Shown here in pieces: positions 13,936 through 28,589 of a stretch of 64,000 nucleotides of DNA (positions within the stretch are counted from its first letter, which is position 1; every line of letters begins with the position of its first letter). Made by a program: the position numbers and the translations under genes. Below the pieces are notes generated by a model. It searched no databases, had not been told where the DNA came from, and saw nothing but the letters and a program-made list of their open reading frames with translations. The stretch is from the human T2T-CHM13v2.0 reference genome, Homo sapiens. Location: NCBI RefSeq assembly GCF_009914755.1, contig NC_060942.1; one strand, 5' to 3'.

Positions 13936-16399
13936 CTATCCTTGGAAAATGTACTTCCCATTACTATATCTCAGTGATAAAATGTGGGTATTGATACTTG
14001 CAGAACTTTTTCGCCTATAATGTTACAAAACTAGGATAGCTGCAGGAAGTCTTTTGTAAAATGAAAGACTATTTTTTCTTTGCAGCTTGCTAGGGTATTT
14101 AAGTTATTTATAATTCAGGAAACAAATAAAGCAAACTCATACATCTTCCTACTGAACTAGGCACATAACTGTAATGGCCTTCATGTGAACAATATCTCTT
14201 AAAAGGTAACTAATGATATCTTACCTTTCTTACTTCTAGAAAAAAAAATATTTAATGACAATCATTAAATTCATTTTACTTTATTAAGTATTTTTTAAAA
14301 ATTTAGAGACAAACCTTTGCATCACACTGAAAAGAACTTACATGAATACTTCCTTTTCTAGGTGCTCCCCAGTTTAATACAAAAGAGATTCCTGTTTATT
14401 TTCTCAAGTTTGTTTTGAACCTGTGATTGACTCACTTTTTAGAATTTCTTTTCTGTGTAAAAGACATAATGTTTCAAATAGTATATTTATTCCTTTGGTA
14501 TTGAGTGAACAACAGGATATAATTCAAGTGCTGATATAATTGAACTACCTGAATGTTAATAATTTATTTCTTTGAGTATTTCTGCAGGTATCGTTAGTCT
14601 TGGACATTCAATTTCAGGATGTTCTGTATCACTTTCAAACTTTATGCTTAAAGCTAAAATAAAGTCAAATGATTTGATTTTTAAATTGTACATCATTTGC
14701 AAGCAGCGAAAAAGCATTTTTAATCATGTATGCATATCACCGCAGTGTCATGATTCCTGAGTGTGTGCCACGACCTCTAAACAGCTCAGAAATATGTTGT
14801 GTTGTGTTGACAATTGCCTATATTCATGTGAGAACTGTTAACCTAGATTTATTAAATGTAGTGCACTTTGGAAAATGTGAAATTGAACACAAGAGACTAA
14901 AATATAAGCTGCATTCCGCAAGAAATAAATCCAGTGCCTTTGAGCCTCTAAAATAAGCATAAAATACACAGAGGGATGAAAAGACACAATTTAGAGAGCA
15001 ATAGTCCCTCAGCATCTTACAAGACTGCCCTTAGCAACTTGAAATATATGACTGTTCACATGCCCCATGATTCTTTTACTCTGTGTGGTGCTTTTTCACC
15101 TTTTCTATGGGATTCTCTCACTCCAGACCCAGTGAAGAGCTATGCTAATTTGAAATAAGTTTGGAATTCATGCCATAAAACTTGCTAAAGATGAATTGAG
15201 TTTGATGCACGATGCCAGTTGTATTCTGAAAGAATGCTTGCATTATTATAAACAAATCAGATAATTATGTAGAAAAAAATCCACATCAACCCAAAAAATA
15301 ATAACAAGTGTTATAAAAAAAACAGTTCAGAAGTACCCAGACAGTACATTCTTTGAGAGTGGAAAACTGGGTTTGTGTATTTGGTCAATACTTGTATTGA
15401 CAAACTATTTTAAAATTCTGGTTGAAGTATTTTAAATTTGATCATGTAATGGCTTTAACTCTCTGATAATAACCATGTAATAACATTAATTATCTAGATA
15501 TGTTAAAAAAGGCAAACACATCATATCAAATATACTGAGTATTTTATTTTTTTCCAAGATAATTCTAACAGACGAGAAATAATTACCTTCCTGTATCATA
15601 AAAATACAGAGAGATTACAGACTACACTATACTCTTTCCAAATACAAACACAAATATAAACCAATGAACACATAACCAAGGAACAAAGGAAAAGCAAAGT
15701 ATTTAAAAATGTGAGCTTCTGATTCAGTGGTTTTGGAGGACTCTCTTAACTCCTGTGAAGGAGCTGACACCATTATTTCCATTTAAAAAGGATATGCCTT
15801 TTGTGTGAATTGTAATTTGCTTTATCTGAATCCAACTAGTGAGTGGTATTCAGGAGATCTAGCCTAAAAACTTTAATTTAGAGTAAGAGAAGATGCAATA
15901 ATGTGTTCGAATTAGACATTATAGACTTCCCTAAACCTTATGACCCATAAATCTGTACACTCATTACACATTTTATTGCCAGGTTTAAAAATCTGAAGTT
16001 AGTTTAACATGTTTGTTGTATTCAGCTATATAATAAACCTCTTGAGACAAGATAAAATCTCTTCTCATATCTTATTTCATTCAATAAATATGATGACTTG
16101 TTTCTGAGCAACACATAGCATATACTTGAAATATATTGTTTGGAACAAGAAACCTAGAAGAAAAAGAGGTGAGGCTATCAACATAATTTGAATAAGGAAT
16201 CTCAGTGATCCATTAAAGATGCATTCGACCTTACATATTAAAGAAGTGTTTCTCAGATCTAAAATATACATCATGATGTCAAAGCAAACAAACAAACAAC
16301 AAATATCTCTGGAGTAGTCTTAATAACCTGCTAGAGATATTTTATAATGTGTTATTTATTCTGAAATTTCTAATATATGCTATCATGTGTAGAAAATTA

Positions 16400-18415
16400 A
16401 ATGAAGACTTCCATTTCCAGTGATGGTGGAGTAGCTTATATCAGAAAAATCTCCCTGTAGTTAACGATACACTCTATCGTTAAAATAGATGAAAAATAAC
16501 CATTTGAAGACAGAGGTAGGCGAAACCAGAGGCTGTTCAGCTGTTGAATGAAAAGGAGCACATAAGTGAAGTGTGAAGTGACTAACTTTGAAATTTAGCA
16601 GTCTGATAGATTAAAGTTGAATATCATTAAACTAGCACAAATACTAAATATTAATGATGGAAAAAAAAGTGACTAAAAAGCTCAAAGAGGAAAGAAGGAA
16701 AATACAAAAAAAAAAAAAAAAAATCCCAGCCAATTAAGCCAAAGTAATATGAGAAAGGAGTAACAGAGAAACAAAAAGGAGAAATGATAAATGAAAGACA
16801 CATACCAAGATGGTTGACTTAAGCCAAAAGATATCAAAATTACACGAAATATAATTAGAAAAAATAATTCAATGAAAACAAGAGGTTTTCAGACTGAATG
16901 TCAATCAAGAAATAACTGTATGTTGTATATAAAAGATGCACGAAGTGTAGGTGTGCATATCAAAACAAGCATAGGTTGAAATGAATAAATATGGAAAAAA
17001 ATACACCATACAAACTTTCTGCGTAAAAACTTGTGCAGTTATATTAATATCAATGAGTGCAGACTTCAAAGTAATAAATCTCACCCCAGATAAAATATTT
17101 CATAATGATGAACACATCAATTCATCAAGAAAACGTAACAAGTAAAAACGTGTATTGATTAGAATTTCAGAATTTATGAAATAAAACTGGAAGGCCTGCA
17201 GTTAAAAAAAGCTAAATCTGCATTAATAGATGGAGACTTTAAAAATGTTAATTTTAATTTCAGCAATGAAATTAAAATCACAATGAGATACCACCTTACT
17301 TCTTCAAGGATGGCTGTAATTTAAAAATTAAAAAAACAAAACAATAGATGTTGGCATGGATGTGGTGAAAAGGGAACACTTTTGCACTGCCGGTGGGAAC
17401 ATAAACTAGTATAACCACTATGGAAAACAGTATGGAGATGCCTTAAACAAGTAAAAGTAGATTGTTCCAGCAATCCAACTACTGGGTATCTACCAAAAGG
17501 AAAAGAAGTCATATGAAAAAGACACATGCACATTTATGTTTATATGAAAACAATTTTCAGGTGTGAAGATATGTAACCACCCTAAGTGCCCAGCAACCAA
17601 CGAGTGCAGAAAGAATATGTGGGATACATACAACGTTGAATACTGCTCAACCATTAAAAGGAACAAAATAATGTCTTTTGCAGCGACTTGGTTGGAGCTG
17701 GAGGCCATTATTCCAAGTGAAGTAAGGTAGGAATGGAAAACTAAATATTGTATGTTCTCATCTGTAAGTGGGAGCTACGCTGTGAGGATGCAAGGGCATA
17801 ACAATGATACAATCATTTTTGGGGAGTCGGAAGGCAAGGTTGAGAGAGGAGTGAGGGATAAAACACTACGTATTGGGTACAGTGTACACTGCTTTGACGG
17901 CAGGTTCACTAAAATCTCAGAAATCCCCAGTAAAGAACTTCTTAATGTAAGCAGAACCACCTGTATACCAAAACGTACTGAAATAAAAACAATTTTAAAA
18001 ATCAGCAATAAATATAAAGAACAATATAAACCAAAACATCTTAAATGATACCTATAGAAAATTACACTGAACGAGTGAAAAATATAAATTATATTTTCCA
18101 AGTTCACATTTAATATCCACCAACACAGAGGATAGGCTTGGCATCAAATAAGGACCAATGTGTTTTAAAGAGTGAAATCTTATAGACTATGCTATCTGAC
18201 CACAATAATATTAAGTTAGAAATAAAAACGAGAAGGTACTTTAAAAAGCCCCACAACATTGGAAATACTATTAAATAAATCATAAGATTTTAAAAAATCA
18301 CAAGAGAATTTATAAAATCTTTTAAGATAAGCGACAAAAACCTAACATTTCAAAAGGTTTGGGGTGCAGTGAAAGCAGTGCCTAGAGAGAAATTGATTGC
18401 CTAAGTGTTCCTGTT
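16400..18415 (+). mobile_element. Old L1M (5'UTR plus ORF2 endonuclease region), interrupted by L1PB
   Basis: 5' end gacttccatttccagtgatgg; EN-like segments (tgtatgttgtatataaaagatgcac; aatagatggagactttaa); resumes after 17990 (tatctgaccacaataatattaagttagaaat). Confidence 0.75.
17268..17990 (+). mobile_element. 5'-truncated L1PB (L1PB1-like) 3' end
   Basis: gatgttggcatggatgtggtgaaaagggaacac...attgggtacagtgtacactgc...ctaaaatctcagaaatc; imperfect TSD aattttaatttcagcaat / aattttaaaaatcagcaat. Confidence 0.9.
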
Positions 18416-18429
18416 AAATATAATTCTTT

Positions 18430-19030
18430 TTTATCGCCCCTTACCCATGTCCTTTACAGGAAACCACTGATCTTTCGGTTACTATAGATTAGTTACTAGG
18501 ATTTTGTGTAAATTAAATTATACTGTGCATAATCTTTTAAAATCTGTTTTCTTTCAGTCAGGATAATCGTTTGAGATTTATTGATGTTGAAACAGTAGTT
18601 CACTCTTTTTTCTTCCCATTAGCATTTTATTAATAAATATACTAATATTTGTTCATCCATTTACCTCCTGAGGGACATTTGGATTGTTTTCTGTTTTGGT
18701 TATTACCAATAAAGCTTTTATGGCCATTTGTGCATAATGGTTTGTGTATACATAGGATTTCGTATTTTTGTATAAATGCCTGGATAATATAGTAGGCATT
18801 TACTAACTATATTAAGAAACTGGAAAACTTTTCCAAACTTGTACCATTTTCTGTTCCCACCAGCAATATATGAGAGTTCAGGTTTCTCTGTCAACACTTG
18901 GTATGATCAGTCCATTTAATTTTAACCTTGCTAGTAGATGTGTTGTTGTATCTCATTGTGATTTTAATTTTAATTTGCTTTTTCCTTAGGACCAATGACA
19001 TTGGGCATCTATGACATTGGACATGCACAG
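18430..19030 (-). mobile_element. Old L1M (L1MD/ME-like) 3' region
   Basis: aaccactgatctttc...gggacatttggattgttt...cccaccagcaatatatgagagttc. Confidence 0.8.
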
Positions 19031-19174
19031 TTTGCACTAAAATAAGATTTTCATGTGTTTGCTTGTCATAAAGAAAATACAAATACGTTGATAAATTAGT
19101 CATCATTAGGTACATTATTCAAATCAGTCTGTCACGGTAGGTCTGTTCTATACTTCCTGTAACTTTCCTTCAAA

Positions 19175-19222
19175 CTAGGAGAGCCAGATAAAACACAGGG
19201 CACTTAATTAAATCTGAATCTT
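19175..19222 (+). mobile_element. MER53-like hAT terminal fragment
   Basis: ctaggagagccagataaaacacagggcacttaattaaatctgaat. Confidence 0.5.
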
Positions 19223-19395
19223 ATACACACACACACACGTATATAACATATATATCTATATATATATACATATGAGTCATGTGTGTATATATCTGTATGT
19301 ACACTCATACATATATAAACATAAACACATACATAACACATATACATATATATAATAATTTACATGTGTGCGTATGTGTAGAGAGAGAGAGCAAG
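19222..19395. repeat. Mixed (CA)/(TA)/(TG)/(GA) low-complexity repeat
   Basis: Directly visible. Confidence 0.9.
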
Positions 19396-19397
19396 AC

Positions 19398-19490
19398 AGT
19401 GAGAGATAAATTGTAAGGAATTTGCTGTCATGTTTGTGGAGGCTAGCCAGTCCAAAATATATAGAGCAAGCTGGTAGGCCAAAGACCTGA
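19398..19490 (-). mobile_element. MLT2 (ERVL LTR) fragment
   Basis: gagataaattgtaaggaatttgct...ggaggctagccagtccaaaat. Confidence 0.55.
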
Positions 19491-20790
19491 AGGAAAAGAA
19501 AAAAAAGAAAAGAAAAAAGCAGGCCTTATTCTCCTAAATTTTTGGATCTTTTGCCTTTTTTATTCCTAAAAACTAATTTCTTCATGATGGACAAATTATG
19601 TAGGGCAGATTTACACTATTATGCTATCTAGAATGCTGAGCACAAGTGTTAATCAGCTAGAGAGAACAAAACGTAAACACTATCTGTGACCTCAGAGCCT
19701 CTGCAGAAAAACACACAGTTTGTGAAATTTGTAACAGCATCCAGCAAAAACAAGGAGTACAGATTGAGATCCAGCCTGTTCTTTCCTAGCCAAGCCATGT
19801 GCCCTGTCCCAGGGCTGCCTCAGCTTGGAGGATGGGCCACCTTTTACTTCACTTAGAGGCTTATCAAGCTCCACTGTGCTTAGGACTTCTGAGAGGACAT
19901 CACCTTTTTCAATTAGTGCAAAATTCATATTAATTCATATTGATCTAGACAGGTGATCTCAGGTCTTTCCAAGTACTGAAACAACTTCAAACCTACCCAA
20001 TTCAGATCTGTGTAATTATTGTTCATTGTTCCATAGGTAAGTAAACCAAGCCACCTGTCTTGAATGCTCATACTGATGCCTACAATGATCCATATTCCAT
20101 CACTTTCTTTCTCTCTAATACTTTAGTTCTCATTCCAAGATTTAATATTATTATGCATTCTAAACTAATGATTTCCAAATTAGACAATAAGAACCATGAG
20201 ACAGATGATTTCCTACAGAAATTTAAATTTAATTAATTTAAAAAGCTATCCTAACTCTCAAATAACATCCTTTCTAATTTTAGGCTTCAAAGTAATTTTT
20301 CCTTTATAAAGTCAATTTTATAACAGTTGTTGTTTTATAATTGTCCTTCCATGGAAGAGCACTGACAACACTATTCTGATCTATCTCCTTTGAGATTACT
20401 GATATATAAAAAGCAAAAGTCTGCATATCATTTTCTCAAAACACTTCTCAGAATCTCTCTGCTGCTGCAACATGGCTGAGATTTGGCCTCATTTAAAGGC
20501 CTCAATTTTCCTGCTGAAGCAGCTCAATTCCCTACATTATGGGGTAATTATGGGAATTAATTTAATGTATGCAATAGACTTACGTATGGAAGCAGGAAGA
20601 GATCCATAAACAGTAGCCATGGTTTTATTTGTGTTCTTGGGCAAGTAAAATAACATTTAAAAGTCAGTACTTTAAAGGACTTTCTTACCCGATTACAAGT
20701 TACGGAGAAGATGCATTTTAGATTTTACATGCAGTAGTGATTTTAAAATTAAAAATAGTGACCACGTGTAAACTTATTATGAAATGCTGT

Positions 20791-21357
20791 TGTCAAAGCA
20801 AAAAATTACACCAGACAGTTAAACAGGCAAGCAAAAATTTGTTCAAGGCTATTTGCAATGGAAGAGAGAGGCCAGAACTCAGTTTGCATTCAACTCCCTT
20901 GAAACAACGGGGTGGAAAGCTTCAGAATTTTTATGAGCTGGAGTGCGAAGATCTTAGGCCTTCTATGTTTGCTAATTGGCTTTACCTGAAGGAAAAGTAA
21001 ACTTTCTCCTCCTATCTTCATGACAGGAAGTAGTTTTTACAACTTGGGGCAAAGTGCCCAGTGAAATTAAGACCCTACCTTCCCACAGAGGCTGGGAGGT
21101 AGGGCACTATCCTCCTTGATGATTACATTTCAAAGGAATGGCTCCCAGGTCCTTGAGAAAGACATCCCTGGGTTGTAAAACTATAAAGAGGTTTTAAAAT
21201 GATTTACATCTCAAAGAGGCAGAGAAAGGATTAACAATGACAAGTTTTCCACAGTAAATGTTATAAGAAAAGGTAAATCAGAGGTCTAGACTACTCTCAG
21301 GAAGAAGCCTGTCTAAACTGCAGGCAAACTGAGGAGAACTTTAAGGCCTTTTGGGTC
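20791..21357 (-). mobile_element. Solo ERV1 LTR, MER67-like
   Basis: tgtcaaagcaaaaaattacaccagac...gatttacatctcaaagaggcagagaaag...gaagaagcctgtctaaa...ctgaggagaac. Confidence 0.75.
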
Positions 21358-22648
21358 TCTAGCTATAATCAAATAAGGCCTTAAAACATAATTTCATAAG
21401 GAAAAAAAATGAATAGCTAAAGGATAAAAATCAAGGCCACTTAAAGGAGTAATAAAGGTTACATCTAAGAAAAAAAAGGATTAAAAATCAGCATCAATTT
21501 AGCAACAAAGAAAACTAGTCAAGCAGAGATAAGAAGTTTATCAAAATCTGCTGTTTCTGAGACTTCTTTGCTGTCGTGTGCTTTCAAGGAACAAATACTT
21601 CTATTTAATAATCCTGTACTATTATTAGAATCAATGTGTTAATATGTTTAAAATGTTTATAATACATGATTGGCACATTAGCAGCCATCAAAAAAGTGAT
21701 TATTTACTTATTCTGAATTACTCTTTCTTTCTCCTCCTTATGTTTGTGCAAGCCATGCCTCGGGGTATGTGCTCTTAGCTTTCAAAAATAATGGATTGCA
21801 AATGGAAAGGATTTTCTAAACTAGCATGTGGACCAGCATTCAAAATCTTTGTACTTGCTTGAAGAATACTGTATCTTGACGCAAGAAAGATAAAAATGGC
21901 ACAGAGTAACAGAAGAGTCCTTATTTTTTAGATTCTATGCTATAATTTGGGCCTTGATAGGATTTTCTTTTTTTCTTTCTTGATTTTTGAAACTGCCATT
22001 ACCTCATTCTATGAAATAGAACGAGTGTTCCCAGCTTTGGTATTTTTATGATTCTTATTTTTATGATCATGGTTTATACATAATTGTACTAGGTTAAAAA
22101 AATCTCCTAGCACTGGAAAAATTTTAGTAGTTCAAAAACTGATATGTGTTATTGGCGAAAACAACCTCTCAGTAATATTAACATTTGCCATATCAAACAA
22201 ACAATGGACCTAATGGTGGACTTTTGAAGCAGTGATATGGAGCCACTAATTTGTTATATATTTTTAAAAGAGTAGTTTAACTTCAAACAAGTTTTAGAAA
22301 ATTATAAAATATAGGTTGAAATTTTGAGTATTTTTCATGTTTAGGGATCGCTAATTGCATCATTTGAAAGAATATTGCCAAAATGGACAACTTGTAGACT
22401 ATGGGCAGAAAGAAAATATTGCTTTAAGATTTGAGTTGTGATTTGACTCTGGAAGTCTGGCAAATCAGATTGAAATTATTTTTAAATTGGTTGTAACTTC
22501 TAAAATAGCTAGATGGCATTTTATTGCTATGGTCAGCTGTCAATTAGAGGAGCTTCTTTTTGTTGCCGCTTTCATTTAAAGTGATTTACCTAAGTATGCT
22601 AAGGAAAAAAAAAAAGAGTTTCTTAATAAAATCCAGTATGGATTTATG

Positions 22649-22960
<312 letters not shown>

Positions 22961-23114
22961 TTCTGTCTCCCTAAATTGTATAAAATCAAGCTGTAATCCA
23001 ACCACCTTGGGGGCATGTTCTCAGGACCTCCTGAAGCTGTGTCGTGGGTCATGGCCCTCACATCTGGCTCAGAATCTAGTTAAATATTTTACAGTTTGGA
23101 TTTTTTCATCAACA
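22961..23114 (+). mobile_element. MER4-family LTR 3' fragment
   Basis: tgtctccctaaattgtataaaatcaagctgt...caccttggg...tcaggacctcctgaagctgtgtc...catcaaca. Confidence 0.8.
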
Positions 23115-23814
23115 AAACACTAAACTTTAAACTACATTCTTCTTTCCCTCTCTCCCATTAGTATTTATTTGATTGTGAAACAAAGTTTGTTGTTATTTCC
23201 CCCAATCAGTTGCAAAGTGGTGATTTGTCCTAGTATAATGGAAAAACCATTGTCATTAACTTTAATTTATCATTGTACTTAGCTCCCTTGGCTCTAAGCC
23301 AGGAATTTATTAAAGCTGGTGTCAGATTAACTCACTCCAGATTGGTTTTTACAAATACGCTTTCCTCTATAGCACCGCAGATCATAAGCCTGTGTGACCA
23401 AAAAAAAAAAAAAAAAAAAAAGCAGAAATCTTCCTTTCTCACTGGCACAGAAATGAGACTTACTTCTATAGGCTACGTTTGCCTCATCTATCAACTTTTT
23501 TTGTTTTAATTCATTAGATTTCAGATTTTTTCCCTTGAGCTTCTTTGAAGTTTATACAGTTCTATTTCCATTAGATATTATTGTAATCCAGTGTCTCCAA
23601 AACATAATCTGATGGGTTATGTTACTAGCTTTTTGTATCAAAAAAAGTCAAAACTCTAAGGGACACTGGCCTTTAAAACAAAAACAAAAACAAACAATAA
23701 GCAAAGTGTGCCCCAGGAAAAATAGAGGGGGATAAACTAATCATCTTATACAACTGCACCTTCAGTTGTAGGTTTCATAGGTGTTCCTAGGTGTTTAAAT
23801 TTCCAGCAGGTTTC

Positions 23815-24558
<744 letters not shown>

Positions 24559-24849
24559 TTTCATTATTTCGTTTCTATTTTATTCTTATTTCGGTGTCAC
24601 AATCTTCAGTTAAATGAGGCAAAAGACTATTTGCCATGACAATTGAGCAAAATTCTTTATTGAAAAGGAGAATAAGTGTGAAAAATTGTATTAATGTGAA
24701 AAGTGAAAAATCTTTTTGGAATATAGGTTTAATATAGCTTGGAAATGTCGGTGGAATATGATCATCTTTTCTTTAAAATAATTTTTAAAACAACTAGAAG
24801 TTTTATCTTTTAGATAATAAGTTTTAATACTGAGTCAGCAAGTCACTGG

Positions 24850-26480
24850 GGCAAGTTTTCCAAAAACCTGTTGGTCTTTGGGCAGTTTTGTGACTTAGGG
24901 GGAAACACAGTTTGAAACAAAAATGCATGTTCATTTTAAAAATTGAAATAAAGGGTTTATTATAACTTTTTTATGCAAATTTCATTACATTTACAACAGT
25001 ATTACTTTGTGCTATATAGCCTACCTTGTTGAGTTTGTCTTGGCTGATACTAAATTAGCAGAGGGCAGTTTGTAAACGTAATTTTACATCCCTTTTTTGT
25101 CATTATCTTTATTAAATTTGCATCTTAATCATTACTATTGTGTTCTATTAAATCTCCAAAATGCTGACGGAACTATTAGCCAAAAAACGGGTTATTGAAG
25201 TATAAAGGTAGTAATGTTATTAACATAATGATTACAACTAAAAATAACATTATTAATGCAAATAATTAGGGCCTAGTGCCAGTACAGAATGTGAACGTAT
25301 ATGTTCTTGAACAGGTGATTCTGTAGCTGTATTAATTCATGAAAAGTTGTTTTTTTTTTAAAATAAGCTTTGAAAAAAGAATAAGGAAGCTCCATGAATA
25401 GTAAAAATTGCATTATATTAGCTTTGCAATTCATAGAGCCCTAGCTTCCACAGAGGTACACAATATGAAACTTTATCAAAAGTCACATGAGCCATCAATG
25501 CTTTAACATGATATATAGAATGCATTAATCTCTTGGATGAATCAATATCTTTTTTCTCCACAAGCATAATAACAAACACTTCTTACATATAATTAATTAT
25601 TCAACATTAAAAGGTAGAAAAGTAGACTAAATTACAAAGGCACTATTCAAAGTGACATGTCTCTTAGCCAGAATGGAAACAAGAAACACTATTGCTGAGA
25701 AACATGTAAACCAGCAGAAATGGGCCATTGGCAAGATTATTTGTCAACAGGCACTATTAAATGACACCTCATATTGATGCTATACAACAAGGAAGAACAA
25801 AAGCAATCACATTTGTAAACCAGGATATATATTTTTAACACTTGGATGAAACTGCTCATATCCAGAACATGAATTCACACTTGACTTAACTGTAGTGTAT
25901 ACAAAGAGAAGAAATATTGATTCTGTGTTTACTATAGCCTTTGTGGACTGTCACATAAACTGGAAAGAAAGAGTGTTTAGGATGAATACCATCACCAGAA
26001 ATTAAGAGCATTGTCATATTAAAAAGAAGATGAGTCCAATTATTGATCTGTTTTTTGAGAAAGAGATGTTAGAAGTTAACAATAAGCCTATAGATATGCA
26101 TTCAAAGTTAAAGGAATTACTGAAAATGTATAGCTCAGAGTGCTATACAAGGAGATCTGGCATTAGAAAATATTCTACTTTTCTACTGTAAAGTCCACTG
26201 ACTCAAAAATATATGTTGAAAAAATTAGTTGGGCAGCGATTAGAATGGGCCCTCTTTCTTTGCCACTTTTTGGTTATTTAATTCATTATTTCATAAAATA
26301 TGCAGAAAATATTTACAATTTCAAGGTATGTTTCTTAAATTGCAGAGAAAACTTGGAGTTATCTTGACATTATTTGCAGTGCAATTAAAACAGTTTTTAT
26401 ATCCAGAATAATATTAAGTGATGATCAATGAACTAAACTGGAAGTGTTTTTGCTTCAGAGATCTGTGTGTTAGGAAATGC
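24850..26480 (+). mobile_element. Decayed hAT-Charlie DNA transposon with transposase remnant
   Basis: Hand translation gives KALFKVTCLLARMETRNTIAEKHV (from 25637), HLDETAHI (from 25839), EKEMLEVNNKPIDMHSKLKELLKMY (from 26057) and KVH*L, collinear with Charlie/Buster transposase motifs; ends approximate. Confidence 0.75.
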
Positions 26481-27781
26481 AAGCAGAGAGAGGCTGGTCT
26501 GTGGTCACTGCCCATAGATTCTACTTGGTCCCTGCTCATCTCAAAGGGCTGGACTCTCTCTTCTGTAATGAAGATATTAACTTTTTATTGTTGCAGTTTT
26601 GGACATTGAGAGTCTTACTTCTCTATCCTGTAACATAATTATTTTAAAGTCACAAACATCATAGTGTCTTAGAAGGATGATGTAACATTTTGAAAACAAT
26701 GTACACTTTAGCCCCTATTTTTGGTAATTTTTGAAATATTTCCTACTTAATTCTACATATCATTTAGAAAAGTTGCATGTTATACTGCTTTAAGTTTCTT
26801 TTAATTGTGTTTGCTATACTCTTTAACGAACTATGTAACCTTGTTTGACTTTCATATAAAGTAAAATAAAGAGGGCTCTGAGTCCATTGTATGATACTAC
26901 TAAAATAATGACATATTCTCTTACCTGAGCCTAAGATGACCAAGTATAATGGGTTACTTTCTTCTCAGCTTCTTCTTTAAAGTTGCTGTTCATTTAATGT
27001 ATTTTTCATGGAAGTTGATTATTTTTCAACTCCGTGGGCTCTGTCTTATAATAACATATAATTGTGCCACTGCATTTGATCCTAAGTAGATTGACTTACA
27101 AATTTTATTTATCCCAATTTAATTAAGCTTCGTGGGTTCAAGATAATTGTTATCCCCTAAATGTTCTAGCCCAGCTGTTATAAACTCGTAAAGAGCATCA
27201 ATGCCTTTCAATTAATAATGCTAATAATGATATTAATTAGCCTTATGAGTTACGATCCTTGGAGCACATTTAAAGTAATTTTAGTACATAATCAAACCAT
27301 CCGATTTTAGAGTTTTTTGCTATTTTCCCTCACTGTCCAATATATCATAAATTGTTCCTAAAAGGAATAAAAATTTTTTTTACAAACCTTTCAAAGTCTA
27401 GGGCTCTAGGGCACCCAAGCTGATCAGAGAAACCCAACTCATTGTGACTAACACCATTTAACAAATGGCACAATTTCAGCAGTTACACATTAAATTCAAT
27501 ATGTTGAAGCAACCAAAGCGACTAGATATTTGTGAGTGTTACAGTTGGACATTGCAATTTCTTAGACATCTCTCTTCTTGCTGCTTGGATTATATGATTC
27601 ATCATACCATAAAATTAAAGTACAACTTTGACCTAATATTCTCTTATTAACTTTCCTGTTATTGCTAATTCTTTGTCCCATAAAATTCTTCAAATTATAT
27701 AATATGATTTATTTTTGAAAACTTATTTTTACATTCTCATCATAAAGGAATTTTTTATGAATTCAAAAGAGTAGTTCTTTG

Positions 27782-28430
27782 ATTATATATATAATATATA
27801 AAATATATATAATATATAATTATTATATATAAAATATATATAATGTATAATTATTATATATAAAATATATATAATGTATAATAATATATTATATATAAAA
27901 TATATATATAATATATATTATATATAATATATAATATATATAATATATTATATATAATATATAATATATATAATATATTATATATAATAATTATATATAA
28001 AATATATATAATATATAATATATTATATATAAAATATATATAATATATAATATATTATATATAAAATATATATAATATATAATATATTATATATAAAATA
28101 TATATAATATAATATATTATATATAATATATATAATATATTATATATATTATATATAATATATTATATATATTATATATATTATATATAATATATTATAT
28201 ATATTATATTATATATATTATATTATATATAATATATTATATATAATATATATAATATATAATATATATTATATATAATACTTAATATATATAATATATA
28301 ATATATAATATATATTATATATATTATATATAATACTTAATATATATAATATATAATAATATATTATATATAAAATATATAATATATAATAATATATTAT
28401 ATATAATGATATATTTTATATATATATATA
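27782..28430. repeat. Long AT-only low-complexity/minisatellite tract
   Basis: ~650 nt almost entirely A/T; includes a 32-bp unit tattatatataaaatatatataatatataata in tandem near 27990-28110. Confidence 0.97.
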
Positions 28431-28589
28431 GTGCTCTACAATACCAAAGATATTACCAGGATCTCACATTTTGAGCTATGGTTGCAACACTTTGAATTCC
28501 TACAACTTCTCCTCTTCACCATGCTCTGGTTGACATTTTCCAATATAGAGGTCACGTCTACAAACTCTTACGTATGGAATTATTTGCTT

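Noticed and set aside
14565-14595. Second AG|GT juxtaposition (tttctgcag|gtatcg)
   Set aside because: Weak donor and an intervening AG in the pyrimidine tract; expected by chance
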